A stretch of DNA of 20,000 nt from an uncultured virus (IMG/VR IMGVR_UViG_3300010998_000493) (lineage: Duplodnaviria; Heunggongvirae; Uroviricota; Caudoviricetes). Positions 16,267 to 20,000 of this stretch are shown piece by piece. The position numbers were made by a program, and so were the translations under genes. The DNA is taken from IMG/VR virus record IMGVR_UViG_3300010998_000493; one strand, written 5' to 3'. Under the pieces are notes generated by a model. It had not been told where the DNA came from, searched no databases, and was given only the letters and a program-made list of their open reading frames with translations. Positions within the stretch are counted from its first letter, which is position 1. The number at the start of each line of letters is the position of its first letter.

Positions 16267-19200
16267 CTACATGGAGGCAGCCAGGCGCGGGATGGTCTTA
16301 CGAGTTTCAGGCAGATCGACAAAGGCGACACGATGACCAGCACGGATAAGACGCGGCAGATACGAATCGAGCAAGTCGGCACGGAAGGGGAGCAAGTGGA
16401 ACCGTATGGCCGTCGGGTCGTCAGGGACAGTTGGTGAAATGGTAGGGAGCTGGAGTACACGGGCGGCGGTCATGGCATCCTTGCCCAGAAGTTCGTAGAA
16501 GTTGTCGGAGCGGAAGAGAATAAGCGTGTCGGGGTGTTTATCCTTCACACGATAAAATACAGCTTCAGCGGCAGCGTAGTGGCTGGCAGCCTTCTCGATT
16601 GTATAATCATAGGGGAGTGCATCGTCGGTCGGCTCCTGGCGTTGTGAAATGCTGTCAGGCGTGGCCCAATCGTCGCAGCCATCCAGCATGACGAAGTAGC
16701 CAGCACGATCGACTGAAGAGGGGCAAAGGGCGGCGACGGTATAGACACGGCCACACCATTCGACAGAAGCACCAGGGCGGAGCCATTCGGGGATTTCGAT
16801 ACGGTTGAAAACGGTGATTTCCTTATGGTGTATAAAGAGGCGCACACCTGGCACCGTCACGGAGTCACCGTCGTGGTCGCAGTGGTAAGTCACCGTGTCG
16901 GCCTGAAGGTCGTAGGCATCAATCTGGCACGCATAAGGCCCGACGCGTACGATATTACCCACGCGGAACCATTCGGGCAGATCATCGGCTGTGATGGAGT
17001 CGCAGACGCTGGAACCGCCAACAGTTTCAGGGGTAGAAGGCGGGCAGTAGGTGGAAGCCTGATTTTCCGCAGGAGCTATAACGGGGGCGGTGGTCCCGCT
17101 GGGAGAACCAGCGGGCACACTGTCCTCGGAAGTGGTGGCATCCTGAGCGAACCATGCACGGAGTGCAGCAACGGTGGCGGGGTCGGTGGCTTGCCACTGC
17201 TGGGCCTCTTTGTTCCAGATGCAGCCGTGCGCCTTAATCTCGCGTTTGTGGAAATAGGTCGTTTTCCAGTCGTCGGCGACGACGGCCACGCCATTCTCGA
17301 TATCCACCAGTCGGAGACCATCGGCGGGGGCAGCTGTCAGGTCGATTTCTATATGGTTGGTTTTGCCCTTTTCGGACGTTCTGGCGGCCTTTTGTTCGTT
17401 TCCCTTGCCGTTGGTTAGTTCGGTGCTCGTTTGAGCCGTGGTGGGCTTCCTTTCAGCTTCCTGAGCTTTCGAGGTCAGTTCCTCGGCACCTTTGCGGATA
17501 TCGTCGGCGTATTTCTCGCTAAACTCCTGCCAGGTAGAGGCATAACTCTTGAACACCTCATTATATAGAGAATAGCCGGTAAAGCCATGCTCCAAATCTT
17601 TACGGGCAAAGGATTCAAGATCGATATCTGGGCGCATTTCTATTGTATTTCCCCATGCCGTGCGGATGCTTTTCTTCAGGCGTTTATTCAGTCGCAGCAC
17701 CTTATATCCCACATGTCCGTTCGCCCAGATATGGAAGGCGAAGCCAGCACCGCCACCGACGGCATAAGCACGTCCGGCAGACTCGAACACATACGACCAG
17801 GATGCCCCGCACTCGGCGCACACCTCGGCGGCACGCTTTTTCATTTCTTCGAGACGTGAAGCCGTTTGTGCGGCACGTTGTTCGATCATTTCCTTTTCGG
17901 CCTGAGCCAAAAGTTCCTGTTTGCGTTCGCGCTGCTGTTCCATGATAGCACGTCCAGCAGCAAAAAGGTGTTCGGCCTCCTGGCTCAGTTCTTCAGCATC
18001 GGCAGCGAGAGAGAGGAAGCGGGCAAAGAGGGGGGCCAAGTCTGCCACCTCTTCAGGGGTGGGGTAGGGGTATTCCTTGGAATCGCCATAAGCGGCTGCC
18101 CACTCCTCGCGGGTAATGATATTTGCGAGAAAATCGAGTGTCCATCCCTGAATTTTCGCAAGCTCTATAACATAGACCTCGAAGGCACGTGCGGCCAGTT
18201 CGGTAACAGTGGCATAGTATGTTTTGCCCTTCAGATAGTCGAGATCGTCGGAGCGGCGGGCAAACGGTGAATTTACAAGTCCGCTATAAAGAGCGCGTGC
18301 AGCCTCGCGGAGTTCGCCGTCTGGCAGTTTTCCCCAGTCTTTCAGGGCCATTTGTCCACGGGCACCGTCGAAGCGTGCAGCCGTGAAAGCGTCGAGTGCG
18401 TGGAACCACTCATGAGCCAGAGAGCCGGCCCCGTGTTCCTTTGTAAGGTTGATCACACGGTGGTCATGTTCAAAGTGCGCAGCCGCTCCAGGGATGCCCC
18501 GTGAGCCAAACGCCATCGCCAGCCAAGACTTCAGCGTAACGGCATCGGCAGAGAGTCCACAGAGGGCGCAAAGGTCGCGCAGTGCGTCGAACGTCTCATT
18601 AAGACGTACCAGACGATCTATTTGTGTAAGCCAGTTGCCAAACTCCACACCACGGAAGGGGAAGGCGGCGGCGAAGCGTTCGGGGGTAGTGTCCAGTCCG
18701 GCGCGGTAGTCCACACCGACGCGGGGGCGGTTGGTAGTCCGGCGTAGTGCGGGCGTATTGCGGATCTTATCCCAGAGGCGGCGGAGTTCTTCCACGTCCT
18801 GCATACCGGCGCGGGCTTCTTCGCGTGTGGCCCATTCCTTCACGTGGATTTTGTTTTTGCCTTTTGGTGCGGCATAGTAAACACCATTAGAGAGGAAAAG
18901 CTCGAAGGTGGCACCCTCGGCACGTTTTGCGGTATCGGCGGCGACCAGTTCGCGGAGTCCCTTTGCTATCGTGGCGGGGTCATAGCTTTTCAGGACATAA
19001 CGACGACCGGCACACACACACAGCTCAGATTTTACGCTCCAGTAATACTCGACACTATAACGCCCAAACGAGAAGGGCGTTGCAGGATAGCCAGAAGCCA
19101 GCAAAACACGATACTCGGCCATCTTTTGTACTTTTTCGGTGATTTCGGCACCACCTATAATAGAGGATAGTTCCGCCAGAACGGAAGCCGTTTCTTCGGC

Positions 19201-19500
19201 CCATTTGCCGATCCGTCTGGACAGAGAAGGACGGGCAGGGATGGAACGCCAGAGAGCGAACGCAGCACACGCAGCAGGGGCGGGGATGACACCAGAGGCG
19301 GCCAGGCGTTGCACCTGGTCAAACTTCACCAGTTTAGAAAGGCTTAACTCCTTCAGGTTTTCAGTGGTCAGTCCGGCCAGGGTTGCCACGAAGTCGGCAG
19401 CCTCTTTTGCCAAATCTTTACGGGCACCGCCTATCTTTTGGCCGAAGTCCTGAATCTTGTTGTTCACGCTTGCGGGGTTGTTTACTTGTGTAGTCAGCAA
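16267..19500 (-). CDS. Large polyvalent protein: LPD1-associated zincin-like metallopeptidase region and C-terminal MutS domain I-like module
   Basis: IQDFGQKIGGARKD, FRGVEFGNW, AFGSRG, INLTKEHGAGSLAHEWFHALD, ELAARAFE, YPYPT.EE; C-terminal KHPDTLILFRSDNFYELLGKDA...YLPRLIRAGHRVAFVD. Confidence 0.85.
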   Translation of the reverse strand: MLTTQVNNPASVNNKIQDFGQKIGGARKDLAKEAADFVATLAGLTTENLKELSLSKLVKFDQVQRLAASGVIPAPAACAAFALWRSIPARPSLSRRIGKWAEETASVLAELSSIIGGAEITEKVQKMAEYRVLLASGYPATPFSFGRYSVEYYWSVKSELCVCAGRRYVLKSYDPATIAKGLRELVAADTAKRAEGATFELFLSNGVYYAAPKGKNKIHVKEWATREEARAGMQDVEELRRLWDKIRNTPALRRTTNRPRVGVDYRAGLDTTPERFAAAFPFRGVEFGNWLTQIDRLVRLNETFDALRDLCALCGLSADAVTLKSWLAMAFGSRGIPGAAAHFEHDHRVINLTKEHGAGSLAHEWFHALDAFTAARFDGARGQMALKDWGKLPDGELREAARALYSGLVNSPFARRSDDLDYLKGKTYYATVTELAARAFEVYVIELAKIQGWTLDFLANIITREEWAAAYGDSKEYPYPTPEEVADLAPLFARFLSLAADAEELSQEAEHLFAAGRAIMEQQRERKQELLAQAEKEMIEQRAAQTASRLEEMKKRAAEVCAECGASWSYVFESAGRAYAVGGGAGFAFHIWANGHVGYKVLRLNKRLKKSIRTAWGNTIEMRPDIDLESFARKDLEHGFTGYSLYNEVFKSYASTWQEFSEKYADDIRKGAEELTSKAQEAERKPTTAQTSTELTNGKGNEQKAARTSEKGKTNHIEIDLTAAPADGLRLVDIENGVAVVADDWKTTYFHKREIKAHGCIWNKEAQQWQATDPATVAALRAWFAQDATTSEDSVPAGSPSGTTAPVIAPAENQASTYCPPSTPETVGGSSVCDSITADDLPEWFRVGNIVRVGPYACQIDAYDLQADTVTYHCDHDGDSVTVPGVRLFIHHKEITVFNRIEIPEWLRPGASVEWCGRVYTVAALCPSSVDRAGYFVMLDGCDDWATPDSISQRQEPTDDALPYDYTIEKAASHYAAAEAVFYRVKDKHPDTLILFRSDNFYELLGKDAMTAARVLQLPTISPTVPDDPTAIRFHLLPFRADLLDSYLPRLIRAGHRVAFVDLPETRKTIPRLAASM
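17095..17120 (-). repeat. GTG-hairpin repeat in-frame in the polyvalent protein linker
   Basis: GTGTG-CCCGCTGG-TTCTC-CCAGCGGG, read as VPAGSPSG. Confidence 0.8.
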
Positions 19501-19794
19501 GTGAAAAAAGCAGTCCTTTTATTTGTAATGATGCTGACGTGTATTCTTGATATGCAGGCAAAGGGTTATCCCGTCTTGTCCGACATGTATCTGACACCGA
19601 CACCCGCCGATCCCAACGCTTCATCAATCAAGAATGTCAAGGCACAGAAAAATGCAGGCAATCTGCTACGCTCAGAATACTTCAACATACAAGGACAGCG
19701 CATCAAACCCGATGAGCGAGGGATATATATCCGTCGTGATGTGTATGACAACGGTACATCGAAGTCACAGAAATTAAAAGGTCCTAAATCATAA
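19501..19794 (+). CDS. 97-aa ORF: signal peptide joined almost directly to a Prevotella T9SS-CTD-like tail (mini-protein or internally deleted gene)
   Basis: GTG start, (M)KKAVLLFVMMLTCILDMQA; tail SSIKNV...EYFNIQGQRI...RGIYIRR...SQK. Confidence 0.55.
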   Translation: MKKAVLLFVMMLTCILDMQAKGYPVLSDMYLTPTPADPNASSIKNVKAQKNAGNLLRSEYFNIQGQRIKPDERGIYIRRDVYDNGTSKSQKLKGPKS

Positions 19795-19817
19795 AATACC
19801 AGAAAACGCTAAATGCC

Positions 19818-19856
19818 AGAAAGTCTGAAGGCGACAACTTCAGGCTTTCTTTTTTG
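19818..19856 (+). terminator. Intrinsic terminator
   Basis: AGAAAGTCTGAAG-gcgacaa-CTTCAGGCTTTCT followed by a T run. Confidence 0.8.
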
Positions 19857-20000
19857 TCGTCAATATCCTGTCCGGCAGTGAGGCGCCAATGGTGCTTACC
19901 TCCGTGCCACAAGCTTGGGTGATGCCGCTGCCGCGCTCCCAAACGCGCACTCGAATGCCGTCAGGACGCATTTCGGCAAACTCGATGTTGCAGCGTTCGG
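19840..20000 (-). pseudogene. dapF: 3' end of diaminopimelate epimerase, apparently truncated after the ACGT motif (5' part outside the window; missed by the ORF track)
   Basis: [32 protein letters not shown], then unrelated [20 protein letters not shown] instead of the canonical GACA continuation. Confidence 0.8.

Larger units (their letters stand above)
1079..19500. mobile_element. tRNA-integrated island (ICE/plasmid/prophage-like) with defence cargo and a par/leading-region module; right boundary uncertain
   Basis: Starts at a tRNA att fragment. Carries parA, a polyvalent protein, an extra ligase and RM-like genes. No integrase or transfer genes lie inside the window. Confidence 0.55.

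Noticed and set aside
16267..16600. Housekeeping mutS gene
   Set aside because: Only a domain I-like module at the C-terminus of another protein; no ABC ATPase or clamp domains.
16216..19453. Many + strand ORFs opposite the polyvalent gene
   Set aside because: Antisense shadows of a GC-rich coding sequence with no recognisable motifs.
19438..19500. Upstream start for the + strand ORF given in the ORF track
   Set aside because: It overlaps the conserved N-terminus of the polyvalent gene. The GTG at 19501 yields a clean signal peptide.
1500..19900. CCGG avoidance as support for an active HpaII-like restriction system
   Set aside because: CCGG occurs repeatedly, including inside the MTase and HNH genes. 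No depletion is evident by eye.

Overview
Bacteroidetes DNA, probably Prevotella-like (several TTTG-N19/20-TAnnTTTG promoters, AT-rich leaders), and almost entirely accessory. From left to right: (1) the 3' part of a HigA/ImmA-type HEXXH gene, then an att site made of a tRNA(CAT) 3' half with a different set of arm-type repeats on each side; (2) a + strand defence block: frameshifted XRE-HTH, dinD, HNH nuclease, an M.HpaII-like C5 methyltransferase, and a three-gene cassette built around a GHKL ATPase; (3) an ~11.6 kb all-minus-strand module resembling the leading region of a mobile element: ParA plus a ribbon-helix-helix partner, a truncated NAD-dependent ligase with a putative membrane anchor, an acidic protein, hypothetical proteins, and a 1077-aa polyvalent LPD1/metallopeptidase/MutS-I protein; (4) a disrupted right end with a signal-peptide/T9SS-tail mini-gene and a truncated dapF. 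The minus-strand module carries three layers of non-coding signal: five 8-bp-period ATGA arrays, a family of GTG-anchored covarying hairpins that also lie in-frame inside proteins, and a duplicated promoter-leader module. Family assignments come from motif recognition only; no searches were run.
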